Below, in pieces: positions 28,479 through 38,285 of a DNA stretch of 64,000 bases. A model generated the notes under the pieces. The model saw nothing but the letters and a program-made list of their open reading frames with translations, did not search any database and was not told the origin of the DNA. How positions within the stretch are numbered: the stretch's first letter is position 1; every line of letters starts with the position of its first letter. The stretch comes from Chiloscyllium plagiosum (lineage: Eukaryota): NCBI RefSeq assembly GCF_004010195.1, contig NC_057723.1, forward strand, positions 22,479,933 to 22,543,932, written 5' to 3'. Position numbers and translations under genes: made by a program.

Positions 28479-28872
28479 CCCTTAGTTATCCCATTTTCTG
28501 CATTTATCACCATTTACCAAGTACTGAATGAAAGAGTAGATCAGGCTACAAAGAAGAATGTGTTTTATTCTACCACGATGAAACACTGCCACTCTGCCAC
28601 AAATCTGCCTGATTGTTACAATTGTATTGGAATACTAGCAGTATGATTGACAATGTGTGTATTTTGAATTACTGATTAACACATTCAAAATTTCATTTTA
28701 GCAGAATTTTTAAATAACTAGACAAATAATCTGGTCTAGAAAATGATGGGAAATTAATATCTACTTCAGAAGTTCTCTAAATTGAGAAAATAAAAAATGA
28801 AATTTGTCCATTAGATTCAGTTGAATTTCTGGAGTTTAAATTTTAGCATTTGAAAGTATTGCATCATTACAG

Positions 28873-29101
28873 GTAAAAGATCTCGTCAGTGAGGAGATAT
28901 TTGCACGGTATGACCGCCTTCTCCTTCAGTCTACATTGGATCTAATGACAGATGTAGTATATTGCCCTCGTACTGTTTGCAAGTCAGTGGTGATGCTTGA
29001 GCCTGGAAACACCATGGGCGTCTGTCCAGGATGTCGTTATGCTTTTTGTGCATTATGTGAAATGGCTTATCATGGAATTTCTCCATGCAGATTAAAAGCA
29101 G
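28873..29101 (+). CDS. RNF14: RNF14 coding exon 4 (IBR domain)
   Basis: ttacag acceptor. Encodes VKDLVSEEIFARYDRLLLQSTLDLMTDVVYCPRTVC...CPGCRYAFCALCEMAYHGISPCRLKA. 229 nt, GTAAGC donor. Confidence 0.96.
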
Positions 29102-29818
29102 GTAAGCAGTATTTTCACATGATTTTATCTTTTAAGTAATTGTTATGTTGCACTTTTGGAACTCCACGTTCATTTGGATTAAAATGTGAACACTCACTGA
29201 TTTGAAAATGTTTTAAGGGATGAATGGTGATTTATGTGCTCAAAGGACAGTTGAGGTGTATTTTGTCACTAATCTAGTGATCCAGACTAATGCTCTTGGA
29301 ATATGGGTTTGAATGCCAGCATGGTGAATGATGAAATTTCAATGAAAATCTGGTCATTGAAGCTAGCCTAGTGGTGATCATTTAACAGTTGTTGTAAAAA
29401 TCCATCTGATTAACTAATATGCATTCAGGAAAGAAATCTGTCCTACATGTGTGTCCAGACTGACAGTGATCTTGTTGACTCTTAAACAGCTCTCTGGAAT
29501 GGTTCTATGGGTTGTGGGGATGGGTTGTGTAAAAGGTAAGTCTTTGATCAGCTGTAATTGCATCGATTGGTGTTAATGTCCTGATGGACTGAATGGCCTA
29601 CTCCTGTTCCAATGATGAGATCAGTGATACAAACAGTAAGTGTGAAAGTGCAGATGAGCTTTGATTTTACGAGTAGCACCATCTAAATTTGGTACGCTTG
29701 CCTTTATTTGTAATACATTGAGGTGTAGGAGTCGGGATGTCACGTTGCGGCCGTGCAGGACATTGTTAGGCCACTTTTGGAATATTGCGTTCAGTTCTGG
29801 TCTCCCCGCTATAGGAAA

Positions 29819-30276
29819 TGTTAGATTCTCTTGACATTCTGACACACTTGTTGCAACTCCAATACGTCAACTTCTGTGAACAGCCACAATTTATTTAAGC
29901 AAGTACAAACTTTTGGAGAATCTCTTAACGTACTTCGTGATGCTTGCGGAGCATGTCAAGCGAGGCTCTCCAAACAAGGGAACTGTCCTCCCTTTATACA
30001 GGGTTTTACATCACAGTCACTCATGCATGCAAGACAACCCCCTGCCACTTCCCCCATAGTCACATGCCACCAATGTAACGTGATTAGATTATTTCCAGAA
30101 ACAGTGTGTGATTAAATTATTCCTTGAGACAGTGAGAGATTCGGTATTATTCCATGAGACAGTGTGCGCGATTTGGTTGTATTCCTTTAAAACTGCAGCA
30201 TTTACAAAACATGATTAAATTGTCATATCCTGCCTGCAAGACAGAAACCCCTGCCTCCAGACATCAAATTCTTACA
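29819..30276 (-). repeat. 3' LTR of the ERV-like element
   Basis: TG...CA termini. Minus-strand TATAAA at 29998-29993 and AATAAA at 29895-29890. About four ~30-bp tandem units in U3 (~30081-30195). Adjacent to the purine tract at 30277-30293 (AAAAGCAGGGAACGAGA on minus). Confidence 0.85.
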
Positions 30277-30299
30277 TCTCGTTCCCTGCTTTTGTCATT

Positions 30300-30460
30300 C
30301 CATGATAACTGACTAAATGGGGCTGAAAAAGGTGCTGCCAGCTTATTCATAAGAATCTGACAGCCAGCATTTAAGCAAGTTATTGACACGCAATACACAA
30401 TGACTATAACCACAAGAATTACTAATCCATGCAGTAGATAGAATCCCTAGGATCCTCCCA
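30300..30460 (-). pseudogene. env transmembrane-anchor and cytoplasmic-tail remnant
   Basis: My translation of a frame absent from the ORF track is GGS*GFYLLHGLVILVVIVIVYCVSITCLNAGCQILMNKLAAPFS..., a hydrophobic helix followed by Cys. It lies directly before the PPT and 3' LTR, where env ends. Confidence 0.6.
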
Positions 30461-30603
30461 CGTGGAAAAAAGAAGTGTTTACCAGTAAAGTTCTTAAACC
30501 CATAGTCCTTAGTGACCATCCAACCCCTCCAAGTTGAGTGAAAACGTGCCAATTATTCAAAATCTCCTTCAGTGAAGTCCAACCTGAAAACAAAATCCAG
30601 TCT

Positions 30604-31079
30604 GGCAGGGGTCAGTTCTGTTGTGTACAGTGCAGACAGAGCCCAAGCTTCAGGAGATGCAGGGATCAGTGTGGTTCCTGCAAGGTCGTAGGGGTCCAGT
30701 GCAATGAAATGTGCTCCCAAGATAGAGTGCATATTTATGGGGCTACGTATGGCCATCAGTTTTCATTTGGCCATCTTCGTGTTTACCTTTGCAAATTCCA
30801 ACCAGAGAATTTTCGGGATCAAATCGAATGCCATTTTAATGCATTCTTTGCTGCTTCTGCTTTCACTCTGCTGTCAAATGTAACAAAACCAACTGCCTGT
30901 TTGGATGTTAGCTTGATCAGTGAATCATCATATCCCTTAAATAGTCGAAAGAAAAGGTAAAGCTCACGTGGTTTATTATTCAGGGGAATGCCACTGACAA
31001 AAAGCATGCATACTTCCTCTTCATTGTTGATAGCTTCGTCACTTTTCATGTTCATGACTGGGGAGCTGATTGAATCCAT
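30604..31079 (-). pseudogene. RBPMS2: Processed (intronless), 3'-truncated RBPMS2 retrocopy inside the ERV-like element
   Basis: Reads [73 protein letters not shown] / NGIRFDPEN / LEFAKVNTKMAK*KLMA...[46 protein letters not shown] and LYTTELTP are RBPMS2-specific versus RBPMS. It is contiguous where the parent gene has introns, and carries two frameshifts and a stop. Confidence 0.93.
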
Positions 31080-31419
31080 TGTGTCCCCTTGCTCTGGGCA
31101 AGCGGTGCTGGTACTGGGAGAGCAGGATGGGTGTGATACGTTCCAGGCTCAATTGTCTATCAGAAGCACTGAGCAAGGTTCCCAGAATGTGACTTGGTGC
31201 AGAGTGCACAATGGGTAATATTTCCAGGGGTCTGGGTGAGTGGAGTGGACTTGGATCAGATGTGGAGGGGCGGACGGTGGTCCGAAAGTGTGCTTTACCT
31301 GTGAATGCAGAAATCTCAGAGACTATGTTAGCTGCTGAAAGTATCTTTGCATTTCCTCTCTCTTTCCCTCCTTGCCAAAGTAGGTATCAGTATGAAGACA
31401 GTCAATAAGCATTAGTAAC

Positions 31420-32361
31420 AAAGCATCAAGTACATACACTGGCAAACTGGAGTGATCCAGAGGCCTTTTGACAGAGTGCGAACACCCATGCGTCTTCCAT
31501 ATTTGTTTTTCTGGGTCAGGGTATCCCCCTGTAAACGCTGCACAGAAACAGTGTATGGTGTGCTAGTTGTTTGCAAGGCAGGTGATCTATTTAGTGTCTG
31601 CCAGTTCACAGAGGACACAATAGAATTGCAAGCTGTTGCTGCGTCTTAGGAAGCTCGATCGGCTCTGGCATTGCCATTGCTGATGTCTGTATTGTCCATT
31701 ACATAGGCAGCACATATGATTCTGGCCAATTGCTCGGGGAGGAGGAGACTTTGAGGATATTTTAGACACAGTGAGTTCTGACTAGGTGCCTCAGAGGAGG
31801 TCAGAAATCCACATTGTAACCCTAGCTGGTCATTGGTGGTGTTACTTTGAACGTTATTGGCAGACCAGACATGTCAGGAGGTACCTCCATTTTATTCCCA
31901 CCTGATAGTCCAGTTTGACATTTCAACCCTGATTCCTTATTTTGCTTCTCCTTGCTCAGTTTTTCCTGTTTTTCTCTACTTATATCATAATCCTTACGCT
32001 GACTCTTCAGCACCTCCCCAAGACTAAGTGTTTCCCTCATGATCATACACTCTAATCCCTCCTTTAATGAGTATTATTCTCCCAGCTGGTCTGTTTAAAT
32101 TTATTTGTTATTTCCTCAACCTTTCTCCACACTGATACTAAAGTTTTCCATTTAGTCCCTGTATTACGTTTCCAAATTGCCGCCTCTGCTTTTAAACATT
32201 TATCTATGTCCCAAGTTCCTCGTATCAGCCAAATTTCATTTCCCAATTTTTTTATTTAAACATCCTGACGGACGCCTGAACCTTTCCTTATTTTGAGGGT
32301 CATTCCGGCATAACTGTTGCAAAGGGGCTCCAACACCTGATTTATCCAATGTCTGTCCCAT
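31420..32361 (-). pseudogene. Degraded retroviral gag (matrix region clearest)
   Basis: ATG at 32361 gives MGQTLDKSGVGAPLQQLCRNDPQNKERF..., then after a frameshift GNEIWLIRGTWDIDKCLKAEAAIW... It has the Met-Gly myristoylation-type start and a WxxxGTWD motif like the class I matrix WPxxGT(F/W)D. The downstream part is only weakly assignable. Confidence 0.65.
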
Positions 32362-32790
32362 ATTTTTTAGTCTCAACTTCCAAACTTCTCTCTATGTACT
32401 AGTTCAGTGTCCTCAGTCTCCACATGCACTTCAGGGTAGGGTATTTCCCCTCTTAAAAACTGGTCGAAGGCAGGGTGATTGAGACAGACACAGTAGTTAT
32501 CCTTTATATTATGTACTATGTTCCGGAGCCTCAAACCCCACTGTTACAAGACTCTAACCTCCAAATTCCAGGGGGACTTTAACCTCCCTGGAAGAAACTC
32601 ATTGGCATACAAGTACATACATTATCTCAGAGATGCTGTCACTACAGAGTCCTGGAGAACGAGGGGTCAACTGAGTGAGATAGGTTAGTGAGCGAGATCA
32701 ACATAAATCCTACCTAGTTGGCTCATCCATCTCACGTTGCTGTCACACAGGCAATCACTTACTCAGTCTGCCTAGAAGCTTCATATATGT

Positions 32791-32812
32791 TGGAATCTGA
32801 CTCTCATCGCCA
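32791..32812 (-). promoter_or_regulatory. Primer binding site, degenerate, resembling the complement of the tRNA-Ser(GCU) 3' end
   Basis: TGGCGATGAGAGTCAGATTCCA lies two nt inside the 5' LTR. The recalled complement of tRNA-Ser(GCU) is TGGCGACGAGGATGGGATTCGA. The tRNA identity is tentative. Confidence 0.65.
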
Positions 32813-32814
32813 AA

Positions 32815-33217
32815 TGTTAGGTTCCCTTCTTGAGATTCTTGCACGCTTGATGCAGCTGCAATATGTCAACTTCTGTGACCAGCCACAATTTGTTCAAGCA
32901 AAGTACAAACTTTTGGAGGATCACTTAACACTTGGCGATGTTTATGGAGCATGTCAAGCGAGGCTCTCTGAACAAGGGAACTGCCCTCCCTTTATACAGG
33001 ACTTTACATCAGTCAGTTATGCATGCAAGACACAACCCCTTGCCACTCTGCTATAGTCACATGCCACCCAAAAACAATATAAAATGATTAGAGTATTTCC
33101 AGAAACAATGCGTGATTAGGTTATTCCTTAAACTGTAGCATTTAGAGTATGATTAGATTGTCACATCCTGTCTGCAAGATAGAAAAACACACCCCCTGGG
33201 ACATTCAATTTCTTAAA
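32815..33217 (-). repeat. 5' LTR of the ERV-like element (outer boundary 33217 or up to ~33250)
   Basis: Aligns by eye to 29819-30276, sharing gtcaacttctgtga, aagtacaaacttttggag and ggagcatgtcaagcgaggctctc. TATAAA at 32996-32991. Followed on minus by the PBS. Confidence 0.85.
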
Positions 33218-35944
33218 TGTCAGCAGAACAAATTAGCCCTTTAACATCTCAGAAGGATGTTGTGAAACTTGAAAGGGTTCAGAAAAGATTTACAAGCATG
33301 TTGCCAGTGTTGCAGGGTTTGAGAGATGGGGAGAGGCTGAACAGCCAGGCTATTTTTCCTAGTGCATTAGAGGCTGAGGGGGTGACCTTATAGAGGTTTA
33401 TAAAATCATGAGGGGTATAGATAGGGTGAATATTCAGTTATTTTTCCAGAGTGGGGGAGTCCAAAATTAGAGGGTATATTTGTAAGGTAAGAGGGGAAAG
33501 ATTTAAAAGGGTGGTATGTGTATGGAATGAGCCTCAGAGGAAGTGGTGGGGGCGGATACAATTGGAACATTTAACAGATGAATGAATAGGAAGGTGGTTT
33601 AGAGGAATATGGGCCAAATGTTAGCAAGTGGGATTAGATTAATGTGCAGTATCTGGTCAGCGTGGATGAGTTGGATCAAAGGGTCTGTTTATGTGCTGTA
33701 CAGTTCTGACTCTAAATTGTACAACTCTCATTTCCCATACAAAAATGTACTGAATGCATTCACTGAAAATTAGTGTCTACAAAATCCACATGATTTAAAC
33801 TTATTACATGACAAAATGAACTTGTCAACTAAATAAGTTAATGATTATTTTTAAAGTAATCATGATAGTGATTATAATTAAGATGTATCCCAGAATTTTG
33901 ATCTGGAGATTGATGGAGGGGGGAAGAAATGGAACAAAATTAGTAGTTACATGATGAAAGGTGGGTTGATTTTAGAAAGTTAGTATGGATTTCTGTACCA
34001 TTCAACTTGAACTCCACTATCCAGAATTACTGAGATAAATAAGAGTAACAGATAAGCTGTGGTCAGATATCCCAGACCATGTCAAATACCAGGTTCTAAG
34101 CATCCCACCCCACATGTCAGTGACACGACAGGCTAACAAATCTCATTAGAATTCCTTGTAAAAGAGATAAGTTTTAATACTTCATTTTTGAAGACCTAAC
34201 CTTGATACTTCCTTAATGCTGCTGTCACAGACTATCTGAACAACTGCTTACCTCCCACTGATCCTTTTCCTGAAGCAGTGCTTCCATGGATTGTTAAGGC
34301 TACACTTTAGCGCCTACTCACTGCATGAATTCAGCTATTTTGTAGTCAGCTGTCTTCACTTAGCTGGCTCCTCTGTTTTTGTGAACCTCAATTTGTCTCT
34401 GGTGCACTAAGCATATATTGCTTGTGGGCCTCCTTCGCTCCAATTCTCAGCCACAAAATAGCCTCTGGAACTTCAGTGAGCCCTAGCTCCCCAACCAATG
34501 TCTATACTGTTTCTGTAATAGAGAGCATTTTCCCTAAACAGAGCTAGCGACCTTCCACTCCAGCCTTAGCTACTCAGAACTTCTCAAGTCCTGACAACCT
34601 GGATACTGGTAATAACAGCATCTCTGCTGCCTGGAGGCTCTTCCTTCCAAGCACTTGTCTGACCAGTATTCTGAAGGTAGTAACTTTTATGATTCAATTG
34701 TCTCTGGCCATCTTTGGGCTCTAGTTAACTTCCCTTTCGTGTCATGTCTTTACTTTTGGCACAAAAAGGAGACCAATTTTGAAAAGGTTATTTATTTTAT
34801 AAATGGTGGGGTTGTTTCACTGTTTAAAAAATGATTAGAATGTGCACAGCTGGTCATGCTGCCACACTGCACATGCGCTAGCATTTGTAACCTAACCTGA
34901 AATGGTGTTCTAACTGGACCACAATGCAGCATTGCCCTGCTTGTCACTGCAGGCACCTTGGCCAATATGTGGTATAGGGTAAGGAAGATTTGTTAAGTTC
35001 ACTGACATCAATCCTCCTTTGTCTATGCAGTACCTAGAGCCTGTTTAATTCTGAATGGTGAGTTTAACAGAAGAAACACTCGTCTTTTTGAACAAGATGT
35101 TTTGTTGCATCAAAGGGATCCAACTGCTCTCCATGTTAACTTTGGTTATCCTCAGATATTGTCAAACCTGCTGCATTTCTCCAATAATTTCAATGTTTGT
35201 TTCAGATTTCCAGCATTCTTCATGTTTTGCCTTTATTCGAAGGTTAACGTATAACTCCCTGTTTCTACCAAAGACTGTGTGGCATCATCAGATTGAGTGG
35301 AGTTAATGTAGCTTCAACATTAATTCTTCCAGAACCATCTTCTTATGCAACACATTATGGAAGGAATGTTCATGATTCTTAACACAATATGGACAAAGTG
35401 AGATGTTCTGCTTCGGGCATGTTCACAATCCATATGCATGCTATGACAGGTTTTGATCTGGAATTACCGTTCAAGTTATTGCTTAAACTAACTGGGTTGC
35501 TCACAAATGTGAAATTTTCCTTGACACAGTGTACTCAGCCAATGCTTTTAAAAATAATTTATTTTGTTGCATTATATATTTAAGAAGTAACCTGGTTTCC
35601 ATTGTTCGGGGTGAAGGGATGAAATAATTCTGTTCCCAGTGGCTGTTAGGATTAAATGGAAAGTAGAAACTTATATCAACTTTCAGTCATCATTATCTTC
35701 ACTTGTAGAATTGTAGTATTGTGGAAATAGGTACAAAATGTTGGTTGTTATCTATTACTTAAACTGTTCAGTATTCCAATTGAAATTGATTTTTAGCCAC
35801 GCTGATTGAAATTTTATTTAAAAATTGGTTTTACTTATGATTCACGTACAAAAGTAAAATATGTTTAGGCCATGGAGCATTAAGCTGATTCTCTGATCAG
35901 CAGTGCAGTGGGGTGAATCTGGTCAAAAAGCATCATGCAAGAGA

Positions 35945-36115
35945 TTCAATTCAATTTGATTCCCTACAATGTGGAAACAGACCCTTCAACTCAACAACTC
36001 CACACCGACCCTCCAAAGAGTAACTCACCCAGACCCATTCCCCTACTTTTACCCCTGACTAATGTACCTAACACTATAGGCAATTTAGCATGGCCAATTC
36101 ACCTGACCTGCACAC
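35945..36115 (-). mobile_element. 5'-truncated HE1-type SINE
   Basis: HE1 3' half (ccacaccgaccctccaaagagtaac...ggcaatttagcatggccaattcacc). Confidence 0.75.
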
Positions 36116-36367
36116 ATTGGAGGGAAATGGCACAAATTATTGGCTTGTTTTATTTGGTTTGGTGGTGATAACTGTATAATTTGTCATTTCAAATGGTCAT
36201 ATTTCTGGATTTCTACATAATCCTTTTAGTACCTGAGATTGTACGCAACAGATATTGATTCGTGTAGTCTGCAATTTGAATCCCATTGTCATTCGCACCT
36301 AAACTTTTATTAGACTGGCAACAGGATAAGAAATTTTTGAATTAGCTGGTTATTTTGTTTTTTGCAG

Positions 36368-36540
36368 AGAAACTTTCTGCACTGCGTGATGAGTATTTGA
36401 ATGCAGACGAATCTGAAAAGTTGCGTTTGGAAAAATCTTATGGGCGCAGAATGCTTCAGAGAGCTGTAGAGGAGTTATGCAGCCAGGATTGGCTTGATAA
36501 GAACTCAAAGCCATGTCCCCGTTGTGGTACAAACATACAG
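36368..36540 (+). CDS. RNF14: RNF14 coding exon 5 (linker and start of RING2)
   Basis: tttttgcag acceptor. Encodes EKLSALRDEYLNADESEKLRLEKSYGRRMLQRAVEELCSQDWLDKNSKPCPRCGTNIQ. 173 nt, donor GTTGAA. Confidence 0.94.
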
Positions 36541-37471
36541 GTTGAAGACATACGATAATGTTCTTTTTATAAAGTACCAAGATAATTTCACTGAACTTTA
36601 TATCTTTATGAAAAGCTGTTTTATTTTAAACTTAGGATAAACCTTTTATCAGAAATTTAAACTGATCGGAAACTTTGTTAATTTTGCTAATGGTAATTTT
36701 TGCATTGTTTTGGAATGTTTTTTTCGTGTCCAATTTTGTTTTTTTTTATTTCTATGTCTCTAGTTCATAGGAATTCACTGTTTTAACTTTAATTTGCCTC
36801 AACACAAATGAATTTCTGTAGTTGTGGTTTGGATCGCCTGATCTAGATTTTTTTATTTACAACACAGTTATATGTTTTCCTTTGACATTCCTTGCGATTA
36901 AATAATTCATTAAAAAAATTGGCAAAAAAATTATATTTCTCTTTTACTAATTAAACTAAACAAGTTTGATGATTGTTAAGAATCCATTTTTAGAAATTTC
37001 AAGGCTCAGATAAAGCTACTTGTAAGAATGCATATACAATTTGGTTATGAAAACAGTGTTAAAACAGCTATGAAATCATGTGAGAATAGACCAGTGTAAT
37101 TTTTTTTAATCCTTTCAGTTCTATAAGGAAATGGCTGAACTCTCCCCATGATTGTTGTGAAGTGAAAAAGTTGAGATAAGGAAACCGGTGGATGATGAAA
37201 CCTCTTTGCAACAGGGAACCCTTAAAGTATTTTCAGTACTTTACTTTCAGGATGTCATGGAATGTTTTATAGCATTCCTATTTCAATAAATTGCAGCATT
37301 CTTGGAGCTTGCAACAATCAATTCTGCGCTTGCTGTCCCTACAAGCTACGAAATGTTTGCCTGAAATTGAAACCTCAGTTGAGGTATCATTGTTAAGAAT
37401 ATAGAATGTAATACCTTTATAATAAAAGGCTTGTCATTGATCTGCTACATGTCATTTCTTTTCCTTTCCAG

Positions 37472-37602
37472 AAGGTGGATGGATGCAATAAAATGACATG
37501 CACTGGATGTAAGCAGTACTTCTGTTGGCTTTGCATATGCCCACTCTCAAAAGTAAATCCATATAGTCACTTCAGTGATTCTTCATCACCTTGCTTTAAT
37601 GA
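37472..37602 (+). CDS. RNF14: RNF14 coding exon 6 (RING2 with catalytic Cys)
   Basis: tttccag acceptor. Encodes KVDGCNKMTCTGCKQYFCWLCICPLSKVNPYSHFSDSSSPCFN. 131 nt, GTAAGT donor. Confidence 0.96.
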
Positions 37603-37699
37603 GTAAGTTTTTGTTATATGTGAAAGATTCTTAGTGATACTAGATTGTTCATGTTGTTTTCATGTTTGTCACCTGGTAACTTACAGCTTGTTTATTGTC

Positions 37700-38285
37700 A
37701 GCGTGGCGTTGGAAAAGCACAGCAGGCCAGGCAGCATCTGAAGCGAATTGACCTTTCGGGCATAAGCCCTTCATCTGGGTTGGGGGGGGTGTGGGCTTAA
37801 GCGGGTTGAGAGATAAATAGGAGGGTGGGCGGGGCTGGGGTGGGATGTGGGGGGGGGAAGGTAGCTGGGAAGGTCATTGGAAACTAGTGAAGTCAACGTT
37901 GATGCCATGTGGTTGAAGGGTCCTAAGGTGGAAGATGAGACGTTCTTCCTCCAGTCATCTAGTGGCTTGGATTTAGTGATGGAGGAAGCCCAGGACTTGG
38001 GTGAGTTGAAGTGGGCCACAGGGTGGTGGGATTGTTGGTTGAGTGTGTCCCAGAGATGTTCCTTGAAACACGCTGCAATTCGGCATTCTGTCTCCTAGTT
38101 GTAGATGAGACCACATGGAGAGCAACAGATGCAGTAGATGAGGTGGATGGATGTGCAGGAAAATCTCTGTTGAATGTGGAAAGATCTTTTGGGGCCTTGG
38201 ACAGAGGTGGGGGAGGGGGGTGAAGTGTCAGCGCAGGTTTTACACCTCTTGCGATGGCGGGGGAAGGTGCCGGGGGTGAAAAACT
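37700..38285 (-). mobile_element. Penelope-like element 3' fragment with GIY-YIG endonuclease remnant
   Basis: PGTFP..RKRCKTC...VQGPKRSFHIQQRFSCTSIHLIYCICCSPCGLIY matches the PLE GIY-YIG region. It ends in the same terminal repeat as the short hairpin insertions. Confidence 0.85.

Larger units (their letters stand above)
29819..33217 (-). mobile_element. Defective endogenous retrovirus-like element (probably class I, gamma/epsilon-like) carrying an RBPMS2 retrocopy
   Basis: Direct repeats at 29819-30276 and 32815-~33217. On the minus strand the order is PBS, GTAAGT donor, MGQ... gag remnant, splice acceptor, RBPMS2 cDNA, env-TM-like hydrophobic segment, PPT. It splits a CR1 fragment whose sequence resumes at about 33251. 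Confidence 0.85.
29640..33714 (+). mobile_element. CR1 3' fragment split by the ERV-like insertion (CR1 parts 29640-29818 and ~33251-33714)
   Basis: ...cagttctggtctccccgctataggaaa continues as agaaggatgttgtgaaacttgaaagggttcagaaaag. These two pieces are contiguous in other CR1 copies here (e.g. ~44600-44650 on minus). Confidence 0.85.

Noticed and set aside
30081-30195. Short ~30-bp direct repeats superficially like a CRISPR array
   Set aside because: They are tandem units without unique spacers, inside an LTR U3 in eukaryotic DNA.
30604-31079. A functional nested RBPMS2 gene
   Set aside because: It has two frameshifts, an in-frame TGA, no introns and a missing C-terminus, so it is a retrocopy.
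37778-37870. G-rich tract with G-quadruplex potential
   Set aside because: It is part of the ordinary Penelope 3' region and nothing suggests a locus-specific role.
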